Source of the DNA: an uncultured Acidobacteriota bacterium
Lineage (GTDB): Bacteria > Acidobacteriota > Polarisedimenticolia > J045
Length of the DNA: 64,000 nucleotides
Assembly (NCBI GenBank): GCA_963702425.1
Contig: CAVPCQ010000015.1
Coordinates: forward strand, 1 to 64,000
Reading direction: 5' to 3'
In this document: positions 9,701-19,359 of the stretch, piece by piece
Layout: every line of letters begins with the position of its first letter
Numbering within the stretch: the stretch's first letter is position 1
The notes under the pieces: model-generated
Seen by the model: only the letters and a program-made list of their open reading frames with translations
The model's database searches: none
What the model was told of the DNA's origin: nothing
Position numbers and translations under genes: made by a program

Positions 9701-10007
9701 TCCGGTTGGAAGCGTCGAAGGTCAGATCGAAGGAGGCCGTCGCGGCATCGCCGTCGGAGATCTCGCGAAAGGTCCACGTCCCGCCGGCGTCGCCGCCGAC
9801 CGCGTCGCTCACCCGGCCGCCCGCGGCCACCTGGAAGAGCAGGTGCAGCGCGCCGTCGTCGGTGCGCGCCTCGAGCAGCGTCTCGACCGGTGCGAGGACG
9901 GGGAGCTGGGCCCAGGTCTGGACGGCAAGGGCGGCCGTCGCCGCAAGCAGGGCGAGTCCGAGCGTGGAGAGGGCCGTCAGGGCGCGACGGGGGGCGCGAC
10001 AGGTCAT
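6759..10007 (-). CDS. Large secreted multidomain protein: BNR/Asp-box beta-propeller, DUF11-like and Ig-like domains, cupredoxin-like domain, two C-terminal IPT/TIG domains
   Basis: Signal peptide; Asp-boxes RSTDEGSTW, RSTDDGATW and RSSDAGASW; cupredoxin-like VEWVNSDDRPH...WDSGDIPPG; IPT-like repeats PEAGTEGTELVV..DFGSGKGKVEVGG and PATGEKGTKVRISGSYWGTKKGTVTVGG; AAGGAG RBS. Confidence 0.8.
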   Translation of the reverse strand: MTCRAPRRALTALSTLGLALLAATAALAVQTWAQLPVLAPVETLLEARTDDGALHLLFQVAAGGRVSDAVGGDAGGTWTFREISDGDAATASFDLTFDASNRTLTHVAYAGAGLVYARAVGSSTTWTRTTLDAEPGAGATGIAVAAQADTVAVLYRKDGALWMIRSTDEGSTWGTAAQIVDAAAGLLSLAVEASGTMHALYPLPDGSGPVYARSTDDGATWVETVISDKTGLAGSRQLMVFDGTLLVAAFGSSSGVHVARSSDAGASWALEKLSDGTGASLVLDRSGTLHLACRGEDGTSVKILNSVDAHSWNRETIESAPDSDPRDVLIAVSGEAVYVPFVQFEADLVAAWNGGNPAPPAPVDITGDASESDVELSAALETQWYDPLGDDWYFRYALYYRNAGRLSASAVSISCDAPVGSETVDASSWLPLSGMREPERMTFGVGSLGRLDSGRAWLSVRFPGAAAPGTELLLHAEITNDSTENDTADNVAEVRHAVPLLAPLVSSPPLGGQTCRTGLPVGGAAQPGVNVVLRRDGEPAGSVEVGADRTFAIEQEGLTEGEHAFSLTAEHAGSASPAQEFVLTVDPQLAADPVAIVLVDTEGRAQRLNDGQGRARIDSGWRSMRLAPGGSYTLGVASCCATAPALQVWTLALGGAGGASQPLAYDDASGRFQGTFEVPVGTAAGTRVPVKVTYRCAASDPAAVLVDTGADDGMLVAAGRVYDAAGGKGIDDPVAGFVNALWAGRPATGFANVPTVAWLPWPAELFGAAPNPQETAPDGQAPFYPPPGRYRWSGADPLRVFEAYSTPSQVVVGGVVDPNVPLSVDETLTRRIVLSDAPVSGRLNVSEDDVVEWVNSDDRPHRVLSLIDPALGTGGWDSGDIPPGGRYRKVFDQLGDFTWIDVAVGGEARIVARTLFVTPEAGTEGTELVVTDAVADFGSGKGKVEVGGTPCKVKSWAATQVVCLLKEVLPPGVYDVRVIPNKTPERAYFNAFEAKAPALRAVLPATGEKGTKVRISGSYWGTKKGTVTVGGKKAKISSWLMGPTSGDTIIDIKIPKLDPGLQDIVVEAPTGTVTLMGGFTVE

Positions 10008-10133
10008 GTCGGGAACTCCTTGGATCCGACGATTCTAGAGGCCGCGTTCCTTCCGCGCCGCCCCCGTTCGCAGGGCTCCCCGAACCCGGTCAGCCGGCTC
10101 CCCGCCGGGCCGCGTCGCCGTATCGTTCCATCG

Positions 10134-12767
10134 ATGAACTCCCGCACCGGCCGCCCGCTCCGGGACGCCGCCCTCGCCGCTGCCATCGCCGTCTGCGCCG
10201 GCCTCCCGGGCGCGGCCCAGGAACTCGTCCTGGCCAACGACGCGCTCTCGGTCCGGCTCGACGCCGCCACCGGCGGGGTCAGGGAGGTCACCGACCTGCG
10301 CCACGGGATCGGGCTGGTGAGGGCCGCCGGCCTGGCACCGCCCTGGCGGCTGGCGACATCCTCCGGGACGACCGCCGGCGGTGGGCCGGTCGTCGCGACG
10401 CCGGACGAGACCTTCGACGGGACCGCGTACGACCTCACCTGGCCACCCGACGCGGCCGGGCTGAGCGTGCGGGCCCGGGTCGAGGTCGCGGCCGGCGACG
10501 CGCCGGCCCGCTTCTCCGCGCGCGTCGAGAGCGCGGGCGGCCCCCGGATCGACTGGCTGGAGTACCCGGTCTTCTCGGGGATCGGCAGCCTCGGGGTCGA
10601 CCCGGCGCGCACCGAGTTGGCGCACCCCTTCGCGACCGGCTACCGCATCGTCGATCCGCTGCTGCACCTCGGGACGAACGACCGCTTCGGCTATTACCCC
10701 GATGCGTACGGCGGCGCGGCGCTCCAGCAACTGTCCTACCTCGAACGCGAGATCGGCGGCTTCCACCTGCAGGTGGAGGACTCGACCGGCGAGGCCAAGC
10801 GGCTCGACCTCTGGAAGGACGGAGGCACCGGCTGGCTCGAGCTGACGATCCGCCGTTACAACCCGGACGCGCGCGCCGGCGTCGCGCTGGTGCCGGCCGG
10901 GACGGTCGTTCTGTTTGCGAGCCGCACGGGAACCTGGGAAGAAGGGGCCGACCACTACCGCGAGTGGGCGCTCGCGCAGCCGTGGGCGGCGAAGGGGCCG
11001 CGCCGCGGCTGGCCGGAGAACGAGCGCGCGCGCTGGCTCTTCGAGCAGGTCGGCGTCACGACCTTCGGGATCAGCGTGCGGCGCGACATGACGGCCTGGT
11101 TCCGGGGCCTCTCGGACTTCCTCGGCGTGCCGCTGTTCCACGTCTCGGGCTTCTGGTGGCCGGGCGGAACCTCCGCCTCGGAGTGGTACGGCGGATACAA
11201 CGACTGGAGCGACAGCCGGGTCGATCCCGCCAATCTGCAGGCGATCCGCGAAAAGGGGGACCGCGTCGCGCTGTTCCTGTTCCCGCAGCACTTCGCGCGC
11301 GGCGCGAGCGAGTACGGGAACCCCGCGCCCGACCCGCCCAGCGATCCGGTGGCGCCCTGGGCGCCCTATGCGATGGAGCCCGATCCCGAGCAGGGCGACT
11401 GGTCGTTCATCTGCCCGGCGACGGCGGCGTGGCAGGCGTTCTACGGCTGGCGCGCGCTCCAGCTGATGAACCTCTACCTCCCCGACGCCGAGTACCTCGA
11501 TATCGGGCCGGGGCTGGGGCGGGTCCGGTGTGACGACCCCGCGCACGGCCACCCGCCGGGATGGGGAGTGCCGCTCGTCGCCGGCGCGCAGGCCATGCTC
11601 GACAGCCGGCGCGACGAGCTGCACGCCCGGAAGGGTGCGTTCGTCCCGCGCGGGACCGAGCTGATCTCCGAGCTGTACCTCGACCGGTTCGATTTCTACC
11701 AGGCCCGGGCGCAAGCCGGCCCGCTGACGATGCTCGAGGGGGACAAGTTCCGCGAGGCGGTGAAGGCGGGCTGGGCCGCGAAGATCCCGCTCTTCGATTT
11801 CGTCTATCACGACCATGGCCCGGTCCGGCTGGACGGGAACCTGAAACTGGCCTCGGAGCTGGGAGGGACCTTCTTCTGGGTCGCGGCGACGGTGGTCCTG
11901 GAAGGCGGCCTGCCGGAGTTGAACTACGAGCTGTCGGCGCTCGAACGGCTGCCAGGGATGACCGGCCGGACCTGGTTCGAGACCTACCGCAACACCTTCG
12001 ACTGCGGCGACACGACGCCCTACGCCGCCGAGGCCGGACGGGCTTCGTTCCTGCGCGAGCTGGCCGACCTCAGGAGGCGGCGCGGTCCCGAGTTCCTGGC
12101 CTGGGGCCGGATGCGGCGCGCCCCGGCGCTCACCTCGGCGCCGGCGCCGGTGACGATGAACTACAGGCTCTACAACACCTTCAATCGCGCCTTCACCTGC
12201 GACCTGGGAGTCGAGCAGGGCCCCGAGTTCTTCCAGACCGGGACCTTCACGATGCCGAGCGTGGTGACCTCGGCCTTCAGCGCGCCGGTCGCCGCGCCGC
12301 CGGGCGACCCGCCGCGCCGGACGACCGAGTCGGTCGGGATCGCGCTGGCGGAGGTGGGCAATGCTTCGCGCTCGGTCGGCATCGTGCTCGACCCGTCGCG
12401 ACAGGGGGTGCCGATGCTGAACTTCCGCGCCACGCTCCGGCGGCGCGGCGGCGACGCGGACCTCGGGGTGAGGCAGGCCGGCGCGACGGAGACCGTGGCG
12501 ATCGGCGCGCGCGAAGCCCTGCTGCTGCGGCTCGACCCGGCGGCGTGCGACGGGGAGGCGTGCCGCTACCGCGTGTACCGCGCAGCCGCGCCGCTCGCGC
12601 TGCGCGAGGACGGCGCGCTGTTCGCCGAGGCAGTCGGCCACGCCTACGCGGACGGCGACGCCGCGGGGGACGGGCGGACCTGGTTCTACCTCGTCGATGA
12701 CGGCGGCGGCTGGCCGGGGGACTCGCTGCGCCTCCAGCGCGGCACGGCGATCGAGCTGAGCTGGTAG
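10134..12767 (+). CDS. Secreted putative glycoside hydrolase-like protein (DUF6259-like) with C-terminal beta-sandwich tail
   Basis: The ATG at 10134 gives a signal peptide; N-terminal beta-supersandwich-like region; TIM-barrel-like motifs WEEGADHYREW, DAEYLD, CDDPAHGHPPGWG and IPLFDFVYHD. The DUF6259 resemblance is from memory and was not searched. Confidence 0.6.
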   Translation: MNSRTGRPLRDAALAAAIAVCAGLPGAAQELVLANDALSVRLDAATGGVREVTDLRHGIGLVRAAGLAPPWRLATSSGTTAGGGPVVATPDETFDGTAYDLTWPPDAAGLSVRARVEVAAGDAPARFSARVESAGGPRIDWLEYPVFSGIGSLGVDPARTELAHPFATGYRIVDPLLHLGTNDRFGYYPDAYGGAALQQLSYLEREIGGFHLQVEDSTGEAKRLDLWKDGGTGWLELTIRRYNPDARAGVALVPAGTVVLFASRTGTWEEGADHYREWALAQPWAAKGPRRGWPENERARWLFEQVGVTTFGISVRRDMTAWFRGLSDFLGVPLFHVSGFWWPGGTSASEWYGGYNDWSDSRVDPANLQAIREKGDRVALFLFPQHFARGASEYGNPAPDPPSDPVAPWAPYAMEPDPEQGDWSFICPATAAWQAFYGWRALQLMNLYLPDAEYLDIGPGLGRVRCDDPAHGHPPGWGVPLVAGAQAMLDSRRDELHARKGAFVPRGTELISELYLDRFDFYQARAQAGPLTMLEGDKFREAVKAGWAAKIPLFDFVYHDHGPVRLDGNLKLASELGGTFFWVAATVVLEGGLPELNYELSALERLPGMTGRTWFETYRNTFDCGDTTPYAAEAGRASFLRELADLRRRRGPEFLAWGRMRRAPALTSAPAPVTMNYRLYNTFNRAFTCDLGVEQGPEFFQTGTFTMPSVVTSAFSAPVAAPPGDPPRRTTESVGIALAEVGNASRSVGIVLDPSRQGVPMLNFRATLRRRGGDADLGVRQAGATETVAIGAREALLLRLDPAACDGEACRYRVYRAAAPLALREDGALFAEAVGHAYADGDAAGDGRTWFYLVDDGGGWPGDSLRLQRGTAIELSW

Positions 12768-12836
12768 GGGCCGGCCTCCATGCCGGCCCGCTCGACCGGT
12801 CGCGCGTGGCGGGCCGGCACGGAGGCCGGCCCCACC
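12764..12836. repeat. Inverted pair of GTAG-family REP palindromes (REPIN-like) between convergent genes
   Basis: GTAGGGGCCGGCCTCCATGCCGGCCC at 12764-12789 and the inverted copy GGGCCGGCACGGAGGCCGGCCCCACC at 12811-12836. Confidence 0.8.
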
Positions 12837-12855
12837 AGCAGGTGCAACGGTGGAA

Positions 12856-15079
12856 TCAGGGGCATCCCGCCGGGAAGGGGCCGCTCCCGGAGTACGGTCC
12901 GAACGAGCCTGCCCCGCCGCAGCCGGCATCGCGCCCGCGCACCAGCCACTGCCAGCCGTCGCCGGCCGCCGCGGGCGCGTCGTCGTCGTACGCGGTCGCC
13001 TGGAGGCCGGTGACCCGGCAGGCGCCGTAGCCGCCGCCGCCGTGCAGCACCGAGAGCGCGCCGCGCGAGACGTCGTAGAAGTCCGCCGCCGCCGCCGGCA
13101 GCCAGGCCAGCCGCACCGACGCGGCCGACAGCACCGCCAACCTCACCCCGCCGATCTCGCCCGGCGTCCCCTGCGCCGGATCGAACGGGGCGCAGTCCAG
13201 CCCGTCCGCCACCGCGTCGTTGTCGTCGTCGTCATCGCAGGCGTCGCCCCAGGCGTCGGCGTCGAAGTTCTGCTGCACCGGGTTGGCCACCGCAGCGCAG
13301 TTGTCGTTGCGGTCGGGGACGCCGTCGGCATCGGCATCCGCCAGCGCGACCGGCGTCTCGCTCTGCTTGAGGATCCAGTCGCGCTCGTCGAACAGCAGGT
13401 CGGTGAGCGGCTCCGCCGTGTCGAGCGTGAAGTCCTGGTCGAGCGCGTCGTTCCAGACCGTCCGCAGCTCGCGGCCGGAGGCGGTGACGAGCGTGAGGCG
13501 GACCGGCATCGTGAACGGGCCGGCGTCCGGCCTGCGTCTGCCGGATCCGCACCCAGTTCCGGTACGACGCCGCTCCCGAGGTCGGCCGTCGTCCAGCCGA
13601 CCTCGTAGGCCGGCATGTTCGGGCCGTAGACCCACTCCTGGAAGTACCAGCCCAGCGGCGCACCGTGGCGGGCTTCCATCGTCGCCTGGAACTGCGCGGT
13701 GTTGCCGGTCGCGTCGCGGCGCGTCGCGTACCAGTCCCGCAGCCCCAGGAAGAACGGCCCGTCGCCCATCACGCCGCGCAGCATGTGCACCGCCCACGCC
13801 CCCTTGTCGTAGACGGTCGAGCCGAACAGGTCGTTGGGGTCGTACAGCGTGCCGTCGAACGAGCTGCGCCAGAACGAGTTCATGTAGTCGCGATACCGGT
13901 CGGCGCCGCCCAGGTGCTCCGCCCACAGCGCTTCCGAGTAGGATGCGAACCCCTCGTTGAGCCAGACGTTCTTCCAGTCCTCGGGGCTGACCGAGTCGCC
14001 CCACCACTGGTGGGCCAGCTCGTGCGCGATGACGTAGTCGTTGCCGTGCCCGCCGTCGATCAGCGTGTAGCCGTAGCTGGTGTTGGTCGTGTGCTCCATC
14101 GCGCCCGACCACGGGAAGGCACTCATCCCGTACTTGTCCTCCAGGAACGGGTACTCGCCGAAGGTCTGGGCGTAGAAGGCGATCATCGCCGGCGTGTTCC
14201 GGAACGACTCCTGGGCCCGGGTGAGGTACTCGCTGTACACGTAGTGCGTGACCGGCATCGTCGTCGTGCCGTCGAGCGCGGTGTAGGTGTCCGAGAACGA
14301 GGCGTAGTCCGTGGCCGCGATCGAGACCAGGTACGTCGTCAGGGGGCGCGCGGGCTTCCACTTGAAGCGCTTGCGCGAGCCGGAGAGGGTCTCGGTCCCG
14401 ATCAGCGTGCCGTTCCCGGTGGCCGTCCACGTCGCCGGCACGGTCCACCACTCCTCGACTGCCGCCTTGTCGGCCGGCAGGTCCTTGCACGGCCACCAGG
14501 TCCGCGCGCCGTCCGGCTCGGACAGGGTCCAGACCATCTTCCCCTGGCCGGTGAAGAAGTACTTGTTCCAGCCGATCGAGCCGAAGCCGGTCGATTGCGG
14601 ACGGCCGCTGTAGCTGACCTTGATCTCGAAGCTCTGGCCCGCGTTGAAGGCCCGGTCGAGCGTGATCCGCACCAGGTTGTCCCGGTGCGTGAAGGCCAGC
14701 GGCGCCGCGCCGCGCGTCACCGATTGCACGGTCATGTTGTCGAGCAGGTCGAGGATCACCTCCCGGAAGCCGGCGACGCGGCTGGTGGCGGTGATGGTCA
14801 CCGAGCCCCCGACGTTCTTCGAGGACGGCGTGAACTCGACGTCGAGGAAGTAGCGCGTGACGTCGAAGTCGCCCTGCGCGGCGGCGGTCGCGGCGTCCTT
14901 CGCGCCCGCGCCGTCCTTCGCCCCCGGCTCCGCCCGCGGGGTCGGCGGCTTGCGGGTCCGCTCGCGCTGCTCGCGCGTCGGGATCGGGAATTCGGACGGA
15001 TCGGGAGGCGCGGCCGTCGTCGGCCGTCGCGGCCAGCGCGGCGCAGAGCAGCGCGGCCAGGGTCTCGGGGGTTTCGCAT
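12856..15079 (-). CDS. Secreted M1 aminopeptidase with thrombospondin type-3 Ca-binding repeats and Cys-Pro-ending tail; split by about 4 apparent indels (~15065, ~15025, ~13565, ~13530)
   Basis: ATG 15079 overlaps the SDR stop; SEPDGARTWWPC, GAMEH, HELAHQWWG, WLNEGFASY, YDKGAWAVHMLR; TSP3-like DADADGVPDRNDNC...DACDDDDDNDAVADGLDC. The pieces lie in consecutive frames. Confidence 0.88.
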
Positions 15080-15934
15080 CAGGGTCCCTCGTCGAGCCTC
15101 GCCCGCACCTTGGCCGGGTCGATCTGGCCCGGTTCCCACTGGACGCGCCCCTCCATCCCGCCGGCGACGGTGAGGATCTCGCCCGAGACGTGGCGCGCCA
15201 GGGCGGGCGACGATAGGAACACGACTGCCCGCGCGATGTCATCGGGCCGGGCAAGTTGTCGCAGCGGAGTCGTCCGCAGCACCCGCTCGACCGTCCCGGG
15301 CTCTGCCAGTGCCGGCTCGGCCATGGGGGTCACGGTCCAGCCCGGTTCGACCATGTTCACGCGACCGAACGGGTCGAGCAGCACGATCTCGTTCTTCAGC
15401 GAGAGGACCGCGCCGCGCAGCGCCGCCTTGGTGACGGAGTAGTCGACGTGGAAGCGCTCGCCGAACCGTCCGGCAGTCGAGCCGATGAAGGTCACCGAGG
15501 CCCCCTGCCCGTCCGGCCGCGGCCCGGTCCGGGCCAGGGCGACGAAGAAGGCGCGCACGGTCCAGAGCGCGCCGAGCAGGTTGACGTCGATCGTCGAGCG
15601 CAGGCGCTCTTCCGGCAGTTCATCCAGCCGCAGGTCGTCGGACGGCCAGATCCCGGCGTTGACGATGCAGGCGTCGAGCCGCCCGAAACGCTCCACCCCC
15701 TCCGCCGCCGCGCGGGCGAGTCTCCGCGGGCCGGGTGACGTCGGCCCGGGCCGCCAGGGCGCGGCCAGACCACTCACGGCCGGCAAGCCACGCGGTGAGG
15801 GCGTCGGCGCCGCTGTGCGCGGTCAGGAGCAGGTTCGCCCCCTCCGCCGCGAAGGCCTCGGCCAGCGCGCGGCCGATCCCGCCGGCCGCGCCGGTCACCA
15901 GCACGGCCTTCCCGGCGAGCGCGGTGTCGATCAC
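15079..15934 (-). CDS. Short-chain dehydrogenase/reductase (apparent indel near 15720)
   Basis: GTG 15934; TGAAGGIG in the first frame; NAG, GS, catalytic YSVTK and RVNMVEPG in the second frame. Confidence 0.88.
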
Positions 15935-16029
15935 ATCGTCACCACGCTGTCGGCCGAGAGCGGCTCGGCGACGATCTTCCCCTGTCCCGATCCCTCGCGC
16001 ATGGCGCGCAGGACGACGTTGCGGTGCAT
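15931..16029 (-). CDS. Putative 32-aa small ORF (MHRNVVLRAMREGSGQGKIVAEPLSADSVVTM)
   Basis: GAGGGAG about 6 nt before the ATG; its TGA overlaps the SDR GTG (ATGTGATC). Confidence 0.35.
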   Translation of the reverse strand: MHRNVVLRAMREGSGQGKIVAEPLSADSVVTM

Positions 16030-16061
16030 CGCGATCTCCCTCGACGGCGCGCGCGGCCCGG

Positions 16062-16904
16062 TCAGCGCAGCACCAGCACCGGCACCGGGGAGCGGCGCAG
16101 CAGCGACGCAACCGGCGGCTCGGCGGCCGCGTCGCGCTCGTCGCGGTAGCCGCTGGGGCCGACGATCAGCAGGTCGTGCTTCCAGGCCGACAGCGCGTCG
16201 AGCACGCGATCGACCGCGCCGCCGGGGCCGTCCGCGTCGACCCACCGGATCGTCGCCGGGTGATCGGCGAGGTGCTTGCGCACGTGGGTGAGGCTCTCCT
16301 TCGGGGCGTACCCCGGAAGGTGCAGGATCGTCAGCGGCAGCCCGGCCGCGTGCGCGAAGTCGAGCGCCGGGGAAAGCGCGGCGTGCGAGCCGGCCCGGCC
16401 GTCGTAGGCCAGGAGCGGCCGCTCGATCCGTCCCGTGAATGGGGCGGAGACGACCGCCATCGGGATGATGGTGTCGGCGAGCACGCGCGAGAGCACCGAG
16501 TCGAGCACGGAGCCGTGGGCCTTCCCGCCGCTTCCGGTCCGGCCGAGCAGGACGAGGTCCTTGTCGCGCGCGTGGGAGAGGATCCAGCCCGGCACGGGGC
16601 CGTACTCGACCCGGGACTCCACGCTGACCCCCCGGTCCGTCAGCCGAGCCGAGGCGGCGGCCAGGATCGGGGTCCGGGCCAAGCCGGCGTCGTCGGCGAC
16701 CCCCTCCGGGAGGCTCGGCAGGCCGGCGATCGTCAAGCGCCGGGGGAGGCCGGCGAGAGCGTCTGCCACCGCGCGGCCGAAGGCCATCACGTGGAGCAGA
16801 TGGATCGTCCCCTCGCCCTTCCTGGACAGGGAGGCCGCGGCGTCCACGGCCGCATCGGAGTCGAGAGAGCCATCCACCGCGACGAGGATGTCGCGCATCA
16901 GCAT
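16062..16904 (-). CDS. Tandem-domain universal stress protein
   Basis: Two USP N-terminal motifs (ILVAVDGS and LLAYDG); DLVLLGRTG; ends with RSPVPVLVLR; GGAGG before ATG 16904. Confidence 0.85.
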   Translation of the reverse strand: MLMRDILVAVDGSLDSDAAVDAAASLSRKGEGTIHLLHVMAFGRAVADALAGLPRRLTIAGLPSLPEGVADDAGLARTPILAAASARLTDRGVSVESRVEYGPVPGWILSHARDKDLVLLGRTGSGGKAHGSVLDSVLSRVLADTIIPMAVVSAPFTGRIERPLLAYDGRAGSHAALSPALDFAHAAGLPLTILHLPGYAPKESLTHVRKHLADHPATIRWVDADGPGGAVDRVLDALSAWKHDLLIVGPSGYRDERDAAAEPPVASLLRRSPVPVLVLR

Positions 16905-17049
16905 CGAAAGGACCTCCGGGAGGGGTGCGGGTCTCATGATCCCCCCGCCCGGCGGGTCCCGACAACCGGGCCTCCGCGCTGGCTGGACCCGTCGGTCGCC
17001 CCTGGCCCAGAATGCCCAAACCCCGGCGACCGCCGGGAGAGGGCCCCGC

Positions 17050-18423
17050 ATGAGCGCGTCCGCCGAGACCCATCCGCCGTTCCCGAAGGTCTTCTGGACG
17101 GCCAACCTGGTCGAGCTGTTCGAGCGCGCGGCCTACTACTCGATGGCCAGCTTCGTCGTGCTGTATCTCGGCCGGCTCGGCCTCGGCGAGTACTGGCCGT
17201 CGACGATCAACTCGACGCTCTGGTTCCTGGTCTACTTCCTGCCGATCCTCTCGGGCGCGATCGCCGACCAGGTCGGCTTCCGGCGCTCGCTGCTGGTCGC
17301 CTTCGTCCTGCTCGCCGCGGGCTACTTCCTGATGGGCTACCCCAACTGGTTCGGCGGGCACGAGCTGCTGCCGACCGTCGACAGGAACGTGACGCTCCCG
17401 CTCGGCGCGACGCTGCCGCTGATCGTCGGGATCCTGCTGATCGGTGTCGGCGGCTCGGTGATCAAGCCGACGATCTCGGGCACCGTGCAGAAGACCGCGC
17501 TCGGCCGCGCGACGCTGGCCTTCGCGATCTTCTACATGGTGATCAACATCGGCTCGCTCGTCGGCCGGATCTTCGCCTACTCGGTCCGGAACTGGCTGGG
17601 GTTCGACATCAGCATCATCTTCGCGGTCGCGACCGTCTTTTCGATCGTGGCCTTCTTCGTCGTGCTCTTCCTCTACAAGGAACCGGACGGCGCGGCCGCG
17701 ATCGCGGCGAAGCCCCGGAAGTCGATCGGCGAGATCCTCTTCAACATGGTGGCGGTTCTGAAGAACACGCGCTTCGCGCTGTTCCTCGTCGTCTCGGCCG
17801 GCTTCTGGTTCCTCTACAACCAGGTCTACAACCTGCTGCCGCTCTACACCAAGCGGGTGATCGAGCCGAGCCCCGCGATGGACATCTACACGGCCGCCAA
17901 CCCGCTGGTCATCGTCCTGTTCCAGCTGGCGGTCACGAAGCGCTTCGGGAAGATGAAGCCGATCCGCTCGATCGTCGTCGGCACCGTGATGATCGGCCTG
18001 TCGATGCTGATCAACCTGGTCCCGATCTACGCTGCGGGCGGCGTGCGCGCCGCGACGGCGGCCGGGATCCCGCTGGGCTCGCTGTTCATCGTCCTCACCG
18101 TTGCGCTGATCGCCTTCAGCGAGCTGTTCGCCAGCCCGCGGATGTACGAATGGGTCGGGGCGCTGGCACCCAAGGGCCAGGAAGGACTCTTCCTGGGCTA
18201 TACCTCGCTCCCGGTGGCGATCGGCGCGCTGGTCGGCGGCCCGGCCTGCGCCTGGCTGTTCAACGAGGTGATGTCGCGGAACGCGACCACCCGCCCCGAC
18301 GGGCTGCTCGACCTCGACCCGTACTGGGCCTCGGTCGGCTGGCTCGCGCTCACCGCGGTCGGGTTCCTCTCGGCGGCGGCGATGTGGCTCTACAACCGGT
18401 GGCTCGAGAAGCACCCGGCGTGA
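17050..18423 (+). CDS. MFS transporter, POT/PTR peptide transporter-like
   Basis: ELFERAAYY (ExxERFxYY motif), IKP, FYMVINIGS, ELFASP; about 12 TM. Confidence 0.9.
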   Translation: MSASAETHPPFPKVFWTANLVELFERAAYYSMASFVVLYLGRLGLGEYWPSTINSTLWFLVYFLPILSGAIADQVGFRRSLLVAFVLLAAGYFLMGYPNWFGGHELLPTVDRNVTLPLGATLPLIVGILLIGVGGSVIKPTISGTVQKTALGRATLAFAIFYMVINIGSLVGRIFAYSVRNWLGFDISIIFAVATVFSIVAFFVVLFLYKEPDGAAAIAAKPRKSIGEILFNMVAVLKNTRFALFLVVSAGFWFLYNQVYNLLPLYTKRVIEPSPAMDIYTAANPLVIVLFQLAVTKRFGKMKPIRSIVVGTVMIGLSMLINLVPIYAAGGVRAATAAGIPLGSLFIVLTVALIAFSELFASPRMYEWVGALAPKGQEGLFLGYTSLPVAIGALVGGPACAWLFNEVMSRNATTRPDGLLDLDPYWASVGWLALTAVGFLSAAAMWLYNRWLEKHPA

Positions 18424-18452
18424 CGCGCCGGGGCCGCGGGGGCGCCCGCCTC

Positions 18453-18564
18453 GGGCCGGCACGGAGGCCGGCCCGCTCCGCGCGTGGCCCGTTTCGGGCC
18501 GGCACGGCGGCCGGCCCGCACCGCGCGTGGCCCGTTTCGGGCCGGCACGGAGGCCGGCCCCTAC
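18453..18564. repeat. Tandem array of three REP palindromes with a 43-bp period between convergent genes
   Basis: GGGCCGGCACGG(A/C)GGCCGGCCC starts at 18453, 18496 and 18539 with near-identical 21-bp linkers; the last copy ends in CTAC (GTAG on the minus strand). Confidence 0.85.
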
Positions 18565-19217
18565 GGTTTTTCCGTAATCGTCGCCTTCTTGATGGAGTCG
18601 AGGTTGGGGAACTCGGTCAACAGGTAGGCCGTTCCCTCGGTGCGGATCCGGCCCTGGTCCGGACCGATCCCCTTGGGTGCCCCCTCGCCGTACTTGTCGT
18701 AGAACATCTCGACGGACTTCAGACCGGAGACGACCTTGCCGAACGGCGCGAACCCTTTCCCGTCGAGCGCTGCGCCGTTGCTGCCGAGGTTGATGAAGAC
18801 CTGCGTCGTGCGGGTGTTCGGCCCGGCCATCGCGAAGGTGACCATCCCGCGCCGGTTGGATTCCTTGACCGGATCGTCGGGGATCCTCGCGGCGCTCCAG
18901 GCCGCGTTCACCTTCGGGTCGCCGGAGAGCCCGAACTGCACGATGAACCCCGGGAGGACGCGGAAGAAGCGCGCGTCGTCGTAGTAGCCATTCTTCACGA
19001 GGTTGTAGAAACGGTCGGCGCCGTTCGGCGCCCAGGCGCGGTGGACCTCGATCACGACCGCGCCCTTCGTGGTGTCGAGCCTGACGTAGTAGACGTCGGG
19101 CGCCGTCTCCGTCAGCGCGTTCGGGTTGGAGAGCGCTGACGTCTGGGCGGCGACCGGCGGGGCCAGGACAGGGGCCAGGGCGAGAGCGGCAAAGCAGGCG
19201 ATCGTGTGCGGTTTCAT
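18561..19217 (-). CDS. Exported cyclophilin-type peptidyl-prolyl cis-trans isomerase
   Basis: Signal peptide; RFFRVLPGFIVQFG, FAMAGPNTRTTQVFIN and LDGKGFAPFGKV. Confidence 0.92.
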   Translation of the reverse strand: MKPHTIACFAALALAPVLAPPVAAQTSALSNPNALTETAPDVYYVRLDTTKGAVVIEVHRAWAPNGADRFYNLVKNGYYDDARFFRVLPGFIVQFGLSGDPKVNAAWSAARIPDDPVKESNRRGMVTFAMAGPNTRTTQVFINLGSNGAALDGKGFAPFGKVVSGLKSVEMFYDKYGEGAPKGIGPDQGRIRTEGTAYLLTEFPNLDSIKKATITEKP

Positions 19218-19359
19218 CGCGCCTCCTCCGGGGACCTGCGGAGGTTAGCCGCGGCCGACCGGGCGGCGCAATCGCCGCCGGGCGGGGCCCCGGCGGCCGG
19301 TGTAGACTCCGTCGCCCGAGCGGGCCCGGACGGCCCGCATCCCACGGAGGATCGAGTCC

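Noticed and set aside
18453-18564. Possible mini-CRISPR array
   Set aside because: The linkers are near-identical rather than unique, the period is only 43 bp, there are no cas genes, and the same palindrome is dispersed elsewhere as a REP.
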